64,000 nucleotides of DNA from Bacilli bacterium (GTDB taxonomy: Bacteria > Bacillota_I > Bacilli_A > RF39 > UBA660): contig JAFSEY010000001.1 in the NCBI GenBank assembly GCA_017435485.1, forward strand, positions 17,197-81,196, given 5' to 3'. A program made the position numbers and the translations under genes. Of the stretch, positions 1-9,523 are shown piece by piece. Below the pieces are notes generated by a model that was given only the letters and a program-made list of their open reading frames with translations, was not told where the DNA came from and did not search any database. The stretch's first letter is position 1. Each line of letters opens with the position of its first letter.

Positions 1-987
1 TTTAATTTTAAAATAGATCCATCTAGCCAAAAAGGATTTGCAGAATATGAAATACATAATGAAGCAACCGTCCCAAACGGCATTGAAGTTGCCACTAGAA
101 GGCCTATTCATAATACGAAGGAGGATATTGCTAAATTTTGCGGTTTATGCGAATCCATGAAAGATATGGGATATTATTATAGTGAAGTTAGTCAAAACGC
201 TAGTGGACAAATTAATTTAGGGCTTGATTACTTAGATACTAAGGAAGCAATTTTAAATTTTTATGAAATATACAGTAATTGTGAAGAATTATTATATTAC
301 ATTAGCAATGAAGAAGGACAGCTTTTCAGACAAGATGTTTATGCTAATAGTCGAATAAAACCTATTTCAGAAATAATCGGAAAACGTATTTTAGATGAAG
401 AATTATCAAGAGATGAGGCTATTAAGTTATTTAATAATCGTTATGACTCTAATGATAGCGCAGTTGATGGATTACAATACAAAAAGAATTCAGTTTGTCT
501 TAGAGGAACAAATAGCAAAGATTATCGATTAGAATTTAGAATACCTAATGGTGGATGCAATTATAGAACATGGATTGATAATATTAGACTATTTGGCAAA
601 ATGATGGAAGTAGCAAAAAGACTTGCTGATATGATGAAAAAGGATTACCTATCTAGCGAAGAAGAGAATTTATTAAACCTAAAAATAAAACTGCAAGATA
701 ATAGTCTATCTTTGGAAGAAAAATTAGTGACAATTATGAATTTATTATTTAAAGATAATAATATAAAACAAATTTATTATAATAGATATAAAAGTACAAT
801 AAAAAGAATTAGAATGGATAATTCTAAGAAATATCTAAATAGTTATAACAATCCAGAACCAAATTTTGATGAAGTTGAGTTTATTGATCAATATCACTCA
901 AGATTTGACCCTGATTATAGCGGAGAAGGAATTGTCATAGAGTATGATCCTGAATATGGCATCATAAAACATAACAACAAAAAATAG
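1..987 (+). CDS. Putative amidoligase (COOH-NH2 ligase type 2)-like protein, 5'-partial
   Basis: Frame 1 is open from base 1 (FNFKIDPSSQKGF...EATVPNGIEVAT...) into the 157..987 ORF. Motifs ATVPNGIEV, NASGQINLG and RLEFRIPNG resemble the D/E-S-G-E, CG-H and EFR motifs of Amidoligase_2. Confidence 0.55.
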   Translation, partial: FNFKIDPSSQKGFAEYEIHNEATVPNGIEVATRRPIHNTKEDIAKFCGLCESMKDMGYYYSEVSQNASGQINLGLDYLDTKEAILNFYEIYSNCEELLYYISNEEGQLFRQDVYANSRIKPISEIIGKRILDEELSRDEAIKLFNNRYDSNDSAVDGLQYKKNSVCLRGTNSKDYRLEFRIPNGGCNYRTWIDNIRLFGKMMEVAKRLADMMKKDYLSSEEENLLNLKIKLQDNSLSLEEKLVTIMNLLFKDNNIKQIYYNRYKSTIKRIRMDNSKKYLNSYNNPEPNFDEVEFIDQYHSRFDPDYSGEGIVIEYDPEYGIIKHNNKK

Positions 988-1002
988 ACATTATGAAATG
1001 AT

Positions 1003-1045
1003 AAAAAAATGTAGACATATAAAAAGATATATTCTACGTTTTTTT
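1003..1045. terminator. Probable bidirectional intrinsic terminator
   Basis: A7-TGTAGA...TCTACG-T tract between convergent genes. Confidence 0.5.
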
Positions 1046-1050
1046 GTTAA

Positions 1051-1163
1051 AATAAAAACTTGATATTTCAATACCAAGCTTATCTTAACGAACACATTAG
1101 TTCGAATCATTCTATGGCACGATCTTAAAGGCAACTCCCAATTTTTTGTTTTTACACCTTTCC
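1051..1163. repeat. Junction J1: terminator + CGAAC/GTTCG inverted repeat + TGGCAC core (1115-1120) + conserved right arm
   Basis: Left part 1051-1120 matches 7507-7579; right part 1115-1162 matches 7166-7213. Confidence 0.75.
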
Positions 1164-1297
1164 GTTATATTTGTAAATAGAGGTATATAAATTTTATCTT
1201 CTTCACTAACTAATACAACAATATGATTATCATAAAATGGCAATAAGAATTCTACATCATTTAATAAAGATAATAATTTTAATTTTTTATCTTCCAT
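1112..1297 (-). CDS. Small hypothetical protein (MEDKK..., ~61 aa) ending at the J1 core
   Basis: SD GAAAGGA before ATG 1297; stop directly follows GTG CCA. Confidence 0.35.
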   Translation of the reverse strand: MEDKKLKLLSLLNDVEFLLPFYDNHIVVLVSEEDKIYIPLFTNITERCKNKKLGVAFKIVP

Positions 1298-1601
1298 TAT
1301 TTTATTTCCTTTCTTCAAAACTTAACTTCTCATCATTAAATACTAAATCAACAAATCTATGTGATACAACTTTATTTTTAACAACATCTATTTTTAAATT
1401 GCTGCCATCATTATATAACAACAATACCTTACTATAATGATACTAATTTACCTGTTTTATTTAATTTTATTTTCTTTTTTCTCATAAATAATACACCGAC
1501 TGGCATTATATAACAGAGAGTAAAGCAGAGCAATTTAAAATAATAAAGAAAGAAGTCAATATAAACTAATCAAGTAAAAGCAGACAATTTATAAAAAATA
1601 T

Positions 1602-1626
1602 AAAAAAGAGCCCACATAAAGGGCTC
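1602..1626 (-). terminator. Intrinsic terminator of the DUF2207 operon
   Basis: GAGCCC/GGGCTC hairpin with A-tract on the plus strand. Confidence 0.65.
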
Positions 1627-1652
1627 ATTATATTTAATTTAGGAATAAGTGA

Positions 1653-4124
1653 CTACCAAGAGCCACCTCCACCTCCACCAGAACCACCGCCTGATGAACC
1701 TCCACCTGATGATCCACCTCCACCACTAGAACTACTAGATGGGCTAGATGACATAGCACTTGTTGCTGATGACATAGTTGAATTTATAAAACTTCCAAAC
1801 GATGCAGTATTAAATGATGAATATCCATCATACCAATTTGGTGCTTGTAATGAAATTGTTTCAAACTTTTTAATCCATTTATCAGATACACCTAATACAT
1901 AAGTGAAAGGTAATATGTCATAAAAGTATGTTGGATTTTCCATTACCATAGCTTCTAATTTTTGTTTTTCTGCTGTTTCTAGGAAATTTTTAAATCCTTT
2001 TATTTTTCCTAACATTTCATTTCCATATTTAGTTCTTTTTGGCATCGCCTTAAATAATAAGATCATTGTTAAAATACATCCTAATCCAATTATATAAGCA
2101 ATTAAATAAATAGGTTCTGCTAATAATAATGGTAAAACCATGAATGCCCATGGTATACCACCAAATCCTAGTCCCCATATTAGACCAAATATCTTAACGG
2201 GAATAGGTGTTTTTCCAAATAACATTCCAAATAATACTGAAAAACCAATACCAGGGAAAATTATAGCAAAAGGTAACATTGCAATTCCACCATCTGATTC
2301 TATTACAGGTTTAATTGTAATTAATAAGAATGTTGCAATTATCATAACTATTACTAAAGCACCTTTTTTAAGAGATGATTTTTCAAATATTTTCTCTTTG
2401 TTTTTTTTGTTATTTATATTTGTTATTATTCTTCCCAAAGTTATATAAAAATTATCATATAAATCCATTGCAGTTACTTCTGTTATAGCACCAGTTGAAG
2501 ATGTTTCAGGAACTGACTGTGGATTTTTCATATAGTCAATCATATTTGAAAAACTTACTAATGATGATTTTGATGAAAATAATCCTTTTAAGAATAATGC
2601 CTCGTTTGGATTATTTCCGTCATATTCTCTTTGTTTAACAATTTTAAATCCTTTTGAAGTTGAGAATAAAGATTTTTCTTCAGTTTCAACAATTTTAATA
2701 TATCCTCTATTTGCAAGATAAATTAATAATGAAATTACATCTTTGTTTTCTACTTTTCCTTTATATAAAAATCCTACTTCAGCACTATTAAAACCTTGTG
2801 GTGGATAGAATTCTACAGTTTCAACAACTTGCTCATCTTTTCCAAATTTATTCCATAATAAGTATGTAATGAATACAAATAATAAAGGTAATACAATTGC
2901 TAGAATGCTCAATAAATCAATATTAAAACTAGCTCCTACAAAATATCCTTCAGGTAATTCTAGTCTAACAGTTAATGCCTCACCTGAACCAAGTGTACCA
3001 TTATATTTTCCACTTATAATATTACCATCAACATTATATGTAATTTTTAATGAATCGGTAGAACCAATAACTCCACTAGAAAAACCAAGTTTTGATGAGT
3101 CAAATTCTTTTGGCATTGTAATGGTAAATGTTATATTACTAATACTAGTATCCCATTCATCACCAATCAAATTAAAATATAACTCATCATATTCTTTTCC
3201 TGTATCTCTTCCTAAATTATAAAGATAACTAATTTCATAATTTTTTTGACCTGTTAAAGTATAGTTAGCATCACCAATTTTAATTACTTTATATCCACTT
3301 TCTGTTGATAAAGAATAATTATCACTAACTTCTATATCACTTATTTTAGCACGATTTTTTGATGTTGTACCATCAAGTCTTGTCACTTCATTTCTCAATG
3401 GTATTTTTCTAAATATTCCATGTTTTTCAACATTAAAATATGCACCAATTTTTTCAGTTATATTTAAAGTGTTGTTTTCATTAACAATTATATTTATATC
3501 ATAATTATTTAGAGTGTACTCTGAATTGCTATTATAGATTGTTGAATTATTATTTGTTAAATCTTCTTTAGAATCTTCATTATATATGTTTTGATTATTA
3601 TCTATTAAATTCTCATTCGAATCTTCAATATATACATTTTGATTATCATTATAATGATTTTCATCTTCATTAGAAATAGGAATATTTGCAGAAATTAATA
3701 TTTTATAATACATTATGTCATCAATAGAATTATTGCTAATAAAATTTGATTCATCAACACCGCAATAAAATGCAACTGCTGAATAACCCTTTCCTAAAAG
3801 ACTATCTTCTGAATCACAAATTGCTATTACTTCTTTATTTGAATCAAAAAATAATGTTTTTGTATAAATTGTGTCATTAAGATAATTAGGATTACTAAAA
3901 CTTCCAGAAATATATACTCTTTCAGAACCATTATAATTTTGACTTCCTACAAAAAAATTTAAAGACGCATCTACATTTTTTAATTTAATCAAATGAGATG
4001 TTTTATTATATTCATAATAATCACTGTTAATATCTAAAGCCTTAATTTTTGATGGGAAACCAAGAAATAAAGATATACATATAAATAACAGAACAAAACT
4101 AAATTTATTTATATATTTTTTCAT
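1653..4124 (-). CDS. DUF2207 family membrane protein
   Basis: ELYFNLIGDEWD motif, several TM segments, LPFTYVLG and a Gly/Ser-rich tail ending GGGGGGSW; adjacent to lemA. Confidence 0.85.
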   Translation of the reverse strand: MKKYINKFSFVLLFICISLFLGFPSKIKALDINSDYYEYNKTSHLIKLKNVDASLNFFVGSQNYNGSERVYISGSFSNPNYLNDTIYTKTLFFDSNKEVIAICDSEDSLLGKGYSAVAFYCGVDESNFISNNSIDDIMYYKILISANIPISNEDENHYNDNQNVYIEDSNENLIDNNQNIYNEDSKEDLTNNNSTIYNSNSEYTLNNYDINIIVNENNTLNITEKIGAYFNVEKHGIFRKIPLRNEVTRLDGTTSKNRAKISDIEVSDNYSLSTESGYKVIKIGDANYTLTGQKNYEISYLYNLGRDTGKEYDELYFNLIGDEWDTSISNITFTITMPKEFDSSKLGFSSGVIGSTDSLKITYNVDGNIISGKYNGTLGSGEALTVRLELPEGYFVGASFNIDLLSILAIVLPLLFVFITYLLWNKFGKDEQVVETVEFYPPQGFNSAEVGFLYKGKVENKDVISLLIYLANRGYIKIVETEEKSLFSTSKGFKIVKQREYDGNNPNEALFLKGLFSSKSSLVSFSNMIDYMKNPQSVPETSSTGAITEVTAMDLYDNFYITLGRIITNINNKKNKEKIFEKSSLKKGALVIVMIIATFLLITIKPVIESDGGIAMLPFAIIFPGIGFSVLFGMLFGKTPIPVKIFGLIWGLGFGGIPWAFMVLPLLLAEPIYLIAYIIGLGCILTMILLFKAMPKRTKYGNEMLGKIKGFKNFLETAEKQKLEAMVMENPTYFYDILPFTYVLGVSDKWIKKFETISLQAPNWYDGYSSFNTASFGSFINSTMSSATSAMSSSPSSSSSGGGGSSGGGSSGGGSGGGGGGSW

Positions 4125-4140
4125 TAGTCCTCCTTGTATA

Positions 4141-4689
4141 TTATAATTTTACTTGTACATTTTCTCTCTCAGATTCACTTGCTTCAAACATTTTTTGTTC
4201 TTTAAAACCTAACATTCCAGCAACAATATTACTTGGAAACATTTGAACTTTATCATTAAAAATTCTAACTGCACCATTGTAGTATTTTCTAGAGTTAGCA
4301 ATATCATCTTCAACCTTTGTTAATTGTTGACTTAAATCCTTAAAGTTTTCATTAGCTTTAAGGTCAGGGTATGCCTCAGCAATAGCCATTAATTTGTTAA
4401 TTCCTTGAGATAATTTATTATTTACATCAACTTTTTCATTAGCTGACATATTGTCATAAGTGCTATTTCTCAATTCAATAATTTCTTTTAATGTTGATTT
4501 TTCATGTTTAGCATATCCTTTTACAGTTTCAACAATATTAGGTATTAAATCCCATCTTTTCTTTAAATAAACATCCATTGTTGAAAATGCTTCTTTAACT
4601 GTATTATTCAATTTTACAAAACTATTATAAGTTATTCCAAAGTATATTAGAATTAAAACTATAATAGCTATAATTATATAAATCCACAT
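4141..4689 (-). CDS. lemA: LemA family protein
   Basis: N-terminal TM, KRWDLIPNIVETVKGYAKHE, AEAYPDLKANENF, SRKYYN, FPSNIVA. Confidence 0.92.
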   Translation of the reverse strand: MWIYIIIAIIVLILIYFGITYNSFVKLNNTVKEAFSTMDVYLKKRWDLIPNIVETVKGYAKHEKSTLKEIIELRNSTYDNMSANEKVDVNNKLSQGINKLMAIAEAYPDLKANENFKDLSQQLTKVEDDIANSRKYYNGAVRIFNDKVQMFPSNIVAGMLGFKEQKMFEASESERENVQVKL

Positions 4690-4701
4690 ATTTTAACCTC
4701 C

Positions 4702-5409
4702 TTACATATTTGTATTTATATTATTATTTTGATTATTTATATCAACACTTGAATTTGGTTGATTAATATTATTCATTTGTGATTGTCCAACATTATTCAT
4801 TGTTTGTGCAACTTGCTGATTATAAGTATTTGATTGTGGCTGATTAATATTATTCATCTGTTGTGCAACTTGTGGATTAATATTATTCATTTGTGGTTGA
4901 ACATCAATATTGCTATATAATCCATTTGTTTGTTCAACTGTTTGGTCTTCAATCATTTTTTGTGTTTTTCCTTTTTTGATACTAGAAATTACAGCAATTA
5001 CACCTACCAAAGTGAATAAAGCACCAAATATAGGTAAAATAATGTTGGTACTATCCGATGTCCAAATAGCATCTTGTGGATTATTTGGATTATATTTTAC
5101 TGAAACTTCTGTTCCAATACTTTTTGGCATATTTGAATATGAATTTGAAACCTTTTGATAAGTTTGTCCATTAACTACATACTCAACAACAATAGCTTGC
5201 AATCCCTCGTCATTATATTTATAATCAACAACCTTTGAAGTAGTCTCAACAAAATTTTCATTCTTTTCATTATAAGTTTTAATAGATGAAACTGCAAAAC
5301 ACAATAGTGCAATACCAACAATAACGAAAATCAATCCGAATAAAACTCCTTGCCATGGTTTCATTGGTTTAGCTTGAACCGTCCTACCTGTTGAAAAATT
5401 TATATGCAT
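4702..5409 (-). CDS. DUF3592-like membrane protein with Gln/Asn-rich repeat tail
   Basis: TM, beta domain (V-Y-V-G...V-V-YNPNNP), TM, then repeated MNNINQP units. Confidence 0.6.
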   Translation of the reverse strand: MHINFSTGRTVQAKPMKPWQGVLFGLIFVIVGIALLCFAVSSIKTYNEKNENFVETTSKVVDYKYNDEGLQAIVVEYVVNGQTYQKVSNSYSNMPKSIGTEVSVKYNPNNPQDAIWTSDSTNIILPIFGALFTLVGVIAVISSIKKGKTQKMIEDQTVEQTNGLYSNIDVQPQMNNINPQVAQQMNNINQPQSNTYNQQVAQTMNNVGQSQMNNINQPNSSVDINNQNNNINTNM

Positions 5410-5548
5410 ATGACACCTCCTTTTTTTTTGAAAATAAGGATACTATCTTACATCTAATGAAATAATATTAAAAGGTTAAAGTTGCATCCTATCATATTTA
5501 ATTATAACATACATTTTTCCAAATCTAGTCAGTAATGGCCAAAATTAT

Positions 5549-6037
5549 TTATTTTTTCTTGAAGTTTTTCACAAGAATAAAAATACCTGCAATCCAAAAG
5601 ATAAATGAAAAGAAAAACATTGAACTTCCACCATTAGACCAATCTTTAATAGCCGAATAGTCAAACACTATTAAAAAACCAAACCAAAAGATCAAAAAAC
5701 CGAAAATATAAAGTTTATTAGTGAAGTTATCTGCTTTTATAAGTTTTTTATGAGTTTTTTCAATCTCAACTGCATTAGAGAAATTACCATCTTCTACATC
5801 TTTAACAGCTTTCATCATATTAATTCCTTGAAATAAAAGTGAAAGCCCTTTAATCAATACAGCAATTCCACAAATTAAAAATGGAATGATAACCACTCTT
5901 GTAAATGTATCAGCGCCTTTAATAAAAACCAAAAAACAAAAACCTGAAAATACTAATCCACCAATAATTGTTCCGATTGAACTAAATAATGTTATAAATG
6001 CTTCTGTTTTGACATCGTTAATTTGATTATTATTCAT
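5549..6037 (-). CDS. Hypothetical 4-TM membrane protein
   Basis: GGAGG SD before ATG 6037 (MNNNQI); hydrophobic segments. Confidence 0.7.
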   Translation of the reverse strand: MNNNQINDVKTEAFITLFSSIGTIIGGLVFSGFCFLVFIKGADTFTRVVIIPFLICGIAVLIKGLSLLFQGINMMKAVKDVEDGNFSNAVEIEKTHKKLIKADNFTNKLYIFGFLIFWFGFLIVFDYSAIKDWSNGGSSMFFFSFIFWIAGIFILVKNFKKK

Positions 6038-6139
6038 TTTAAACCTCCTTATTATTACAATAACCATTATAACACGTATAATGTTAAACATAAAGATTTC
6101 AAACATCAAATTTTGATTTCTTTATGTTTTTTGTTATTA

Positions 6140-6320
6140 TAACAAACATCGGTAAAGACGGATTATAACAGGCACTTCGAGTGCGTTCTTATGAATGTCT
6201 GCCATATGATTATTTATTAATTCGGTTGTAGATAATGGAACGAAAGAGTTCGGATGATTAAGCGTGTAGGAATATAGGTAATTCAATGTGATGTTAACCG
6301 AAATATTTATGAAAGGAGAA
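6140..6320 (+). ncRNA. Candidate IS110 bridge-RNA-like structured non-coding end
   Basis: ~180-nt GC-richer leader of the IS110 remnant with two large stem-loops: AGAC 6156/GTCT 6197 enclosing a GCAC-TTCGA-GTGC hairpin, and TTCGGTT 6221/AACCGAA 6296 enclosing GAAC-GAAAGA-GTTC. Confidence 0.4.
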
Positions 6321-6324
6321 ATTA

Positions 6325-6610
6325 ATGAAACATATTTTAAGTTTTGATATTGCTAAAAGAAAAAGTGTGTATTGTTTTATTGATGAATTAAGAAATACAA
6401 TTATTGATGCCACATTAATTGAACATATAATAAAAATGAATTTGATAAATTATATAATTTAATTAAAGACTATTCAAATTTAATTGTATTAATGGAATCT
6501 ACTTCTATTTATCATTTGCCAGTTGAAAATTATTTTAGGTCTAAAGGTATAGATACTGTTGTTATTAATCCTAAACTTGTTAAACAATTTAAAGATACCT
6601 TAAATAAATT
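6325..6610 (+). pseudogene. IS110-family transposase, N-terminal DEDD fragment (frameshifted, truncated)
   Basis: SD AAGGAG, then MKHILSFDIAK...; after a frameshift, LMESTSIYHLPVENYF...VINPKLVKQF. Breaks off near 6610, where it abuts the start of a minus-strand gene (AGGAGG-ATG ATT AGA). Confidence 0.8.
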
Positions 6611-6808
6611 TTTTCTAATCATACACATCCTCCTTCTGTAAAATAAAAAGAGTCAAAATAGGCAGAATAATTCCGTATCATTGACTCTTATAAAATAATT
6701 TTTGTAAAAAAGTAATTTTAGACATGAAGTATCCATCCTTTCAGAAAAAGACGATACTGCTATCTTTATCTAATATAATTTTACTTTTTATTCTTTGTTA
6801 AGTCAATA

Positions 6809-7084
6809 TTACGACAATTTTTTAAGATAATCTTCTAAATCTTTTAGCAAAACTTTATTATTTAAGTTATTTATATAGACTTCATTAGAATAATTAAAGA
6901 ATAGAATTAAAATATCTTTTAAAATGGCTTTATTAGGCTCTATATAATACAAATTCGTTCTATCTAGGCTAATTATATTCTCACATTCAAAAGTGGGCTT
7001 AAATCCACAAAATTTGCATATAAAGTCTATTCTTTGTTTCAGTTTGTCATCAATATTAACTTTCTTTTTCTTAAAATTTAGCAT
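6809..7084 (-). CDS. Hypothetical protein, paralogue of 9306..9500, adjacent to junction J2
   Basis: KLKQRIDFICKF...TNLYYIEPN...KDI aligns with ELKRKVEMVCKF...TNIAMVKPH...KDI. Confidence 0.65.
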   Translation of the reverse strand: MLNFKKKKVNIDDKLKQRIDFICKFCGFKPTFECENIISLDRTNLYYIEPNKAILKDILILFFNYSNEVYINNLNNKVLLKDLEDYLKKLS

Positions 7085-7087
7085 ATA

Positions 7088-7213
7088 AAAAATCCAACCT
7101 TTCTAAAGATTGGATTCCTTTATATTAAAGTTCGATTTTTTTAAAAGTTCGAACAGAAATGCAAATGGCACGATTTTAAAGACAATTCCCAATTTCTTGT
7201 TTTTACACCTTTC
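7088..7213. repeat. Junction J2 (terminator, GTTCGAAC, TGGCAC core 7166-7171, right arm shared with J1)
   Basis: TGGCACGATTTTAAAGACAATTCCCAATTTCTTGTTTTTACACCTTTC versus J1 TGGCACGATCTTAAAGGCAACTCCCAATTTTTTGTTTTTACACCTTTC. Confidence 0.75.
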
Positions 7214-7220
7214 TTATTTA

Positions 7221-7487
7221 TTATTTATGTAATCTTTTACTAAATCCTTTATCATAGGATTCTATATTTTCTTTTTCCATTATTAATTTACCAATTCTTG
7301 ATTCACAAAATTGTAGAAAAGATAAATATTTTTGTTTTTCATAATCTAATGAGTCTTTTATATATATCGGTGTCTTTTTTCCAACAATAGGCATATGGCT
7401 GGCTTCATTTTTCTGTCTCATTTTATTAATTAAAGCTTCTGCACCAATACGAGCTTCCTTACTGATTGCTACTTTTGCTTCGTTCAT
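7221..7487 (-). CDS. Hypothetical protein (88 aa), sole gene of the J2-J3 mini-cassette
   Basis: GGAGG SD, ATG; basic C-terminus. Confidence 0.65.
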   Translation of the reverse strand: MNEAKVAISKEARIGAEALINKMRQKNEASHMPIVGKKTPIYIKDSLDYEKQKYLSFLQFCESRIGKLIMEKENIESYDKGFSKRLHK

Positions 7488-7506
7488 TTAAAACCCTCCC
7501 TAAACT

Positions 7507-7585
7507 AATAAAAACTTGATACTTTCGTACCAAGTTTCATATTAACGAACACATTGATTCGACTAAATCACAATGGCACCCTTAT
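7507..7585. repeat. Junction J3 (terminator, CGAA/TTCG repeat, TGGCAC core 7574-7579)
   Basis: AATAAAAACTTGAT...TACCAAG...TTAACGAACACATT..TTCGA...ATGGCAC shared with J1. Confidence 0.75.
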
Positions 7586-7757
7586 GGTGAAAGTATAACA
7601 AACACTAGATGCAAATTTGTAGATAATAATAACTACTAACTGATATAAGTATATCACATATTTTTACAAAAATAACAAATATTTTATAAAAAAAGTAGGT
7701 TTAATAATAAAATACGATAAAAAAATGTTATAATATATATATATTGGAGGTTTTATT

Positions 7758-8072
7758 ATGTGTGAAGAAGAATATGTTTTAGTATCAATTAATGAAGAAA
7801 ATAAATATGTATTTGTAGAAAAACAAACTTTTGCCCTAAAAAGTAAGGAAGCAATGAATGCCCATGCTAACTTTAATAATTTAAAAAGCAAGTTTGCTAT
7901 GGAACAACCATTATACGGTTATAGCATGGTAGAAGTTAAAAGAACAAAAAATGATAATCAATCTTTAAATGGTTCGAATTATGATTTTGTAGGTATGGTA
8001 GAATTTGATATTCGCGAAGTAAATCCAGCAGATATAAATGTAATACCTAATAAATTTGGAGGAAAAATGTAA
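7758..8072 (+). CDS. Hypothetical protein
   Basis: GGAGG SD; TAATG coupling to the next ORF. Confidence 0.7.
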   Translation: MCEEEYVLVSINEENKYVFVEKQTFALKSKEAMNAHANFNNLKSKFAMEQPLYGYSMVEVKRTKNDNQSLNGSNYDFVGMVEFDIREVNPADINVIPNKFGGKM

Positions 8073-9091
8073 TGGACATTAACCAACTAAAAATAATTTT
8101 GGAAGAAACACAACAAAAATACCCACCACATTATCCAACTAAAACACATGGAATTACTGATGAGGTTCCTATTTTACTAAATAATTTAAAAAAAGTGGTA
8201 GATTATATTGGATTTTCAAATGCTAATATAGCTGTTAAAAATATTGTAGGTAAAACAATTAATGAATTTTTGATAAGTTCACGTCATGGATTAAATAAAA
8301 ATAATTGTGATTTTGAAATAGAAAATAAAGACATCGAAAATGGTAAAAAAATAACAATTAGTTACAGCGATAAATCATTAGAGTTAGAATATCTAAACAA
8401 TGGTGTCATAACAATTACAAACAATTCAGATTGTCCATTTTTAGCATATGGAGAAGATTACTCTAATGCTATTATTTCATATGATAGTAATAAACCAAAT
8501 AATTTATTTTTAAATCAAATATTTCAAAATAAATCTACTTGTCAATCAATTATGACTTTTAACGAAGTGGGAATTGAAATAAATAAAGAATTTAAAATTA
8601 TTCCAAGAACAAGAACATTTCAAGCAACAACTCAATGTATAACAGGTTCAATTACAAGAAAAGATGATTTTTACACTGCAAGTATTAAATTAAATGTAAT
8701 AGGAAGAGATTTTGGTAATATAATATCTGAAGAAGATATTAATATGATAAGTTCTATTCCAGAAATTACTGTTCCAATTAGTTATATGGGAGCATTAAAA
8801 AATGATTTAAATTTACTTTATGTAGTTTGTGCTGATGACAGAAATAGTTTAAGGACTGGTGCAATAGAAAGTCTAATTGGAAATTATATTTATAGCGAAG
8901 AAGATAGTTATTCTTTTGCTGAACATTATGAAGAAAGTAAAAAAGTTATAGAATATAGTAATTTTCTTGAATTCAAATATAATTCGTTTAATACTGGAGC
9001 GCCTATGATTCATGCACCATATTCATTTGAAATATTAGAAAATATAAAAGGATATGTACATAAACAAGAAAATAGACCACATATAAAATAA
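8072..9091 (+). CDS. Hypothetical protein (339 aa)
   Basis: Long ORF coupled to the upstream gene; no motif recognised. Confidence 0.75.
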   Translation: MDINQLKIILEETQQKYPPHYPTKTHGITDEVPILLNNLKKVVDYIGFSNANIAVKNIVGKTINEFLISSRHGLNKNNCDFEIENKDIENGKKITISYSDKSLELEYLNNGVITITNNSDCPFLAYGEDYSNAIISYDSNKPNNLFLNQIFQNKSTCQSIMTFNEVGIEINKEFKIIPRTRTFQATTQCITGSITRKDDFYTASIKLNVIGRDFGNIISEEDINMISSIPEITVPISYMGALKNDLNLLYVVCADDRNSLRTGAIESLIGNYIYSEEDSYSFAEHYEESKKVIEYSNFLEFKYNSFNTGAPMIHAPYSFEILENIKGYVHKQENRPHIK

Positions 9092-9270
9092 AAGCCGTGG
9101 CACGTTTTGCTCGCTTGCGAGTGAAAGTGGCGATAGGCTTTTTCTTTTATTTTCATTACGAAGTTTTGAAAATGAAAACATAATTTTGCTTGGCTTTAGG
9201 TAAAGAAAGTTATGCTTATTTAGGGTTTCAAAAGGGATTTGCCCTTTGCACACCGTTATTGGCTTTGCCA
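9092..9270. other. Structured non-coding segment, oriT-like candidate
   Basis: AAGCC...GGCTT enclosing CTCGC-TT-GCGAG; AAAGGGATTTGCCCTTTG resembles ICE 24914-24938; also a TGGCAC at 9098. Confidence 0.3.
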
Positions 9271-9305
9271 TTAGCGTAGTGTGTTACTCTTTTGGATTCA
9301 AAAAA

Positions 9306-9500
9306 TCAAAATATAAGAAAATCAATATCTTTAATTCTAACTATGTGTGGTTTAACCATAGCAATATTTGTATTTTTAATACTTTTGATACTTCCATTTA
9401 TAATCGTATAATCTACATAAGCAAACTTACAAACCATTTCTACCTTTCTTTTTAATTCTTCACTTATTACAAGTTCTTTAGTTTCTATTGTCATACTCAA
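9306..9500 (-). pseudogene. Probably truncated paralogue of 6809..7084, adjacent to junction J4
   Basis: 64 aa versus 91 aa; similarity runs up to the stop; SD AGGAAAGTGA before TTG. Confidence 0.5.
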
Positions 9501-9523
9501 TCACTTTCCTTTCTTAAATAACA

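Noticed and set aside
1089-1104. CGAAC...GTTCG repeats as LexA boxes
   Set aside because: The Bacillota box is GAAC-N4-GTTC; spacers here are 6, 6 and 2-3 nt, and they sit next to terminators rather than promoters.
2140-3222. Plus-strand ORFs 2140..2448 and 2869..3222, and similar shadow ORFs (4910, 18962, 19973, 20038, 55404, 57068, 57461 and others)
   Set aside because: Antisense or off-frame overlaps with well-supported genes; no SD or motifs.
6630-6780. Riboswitch upstream of the truncated MIRKN gene
   Set aside because: Hairpins are present (GAGTCAA/TTGACTC) but I could not match any aptamer consensus.
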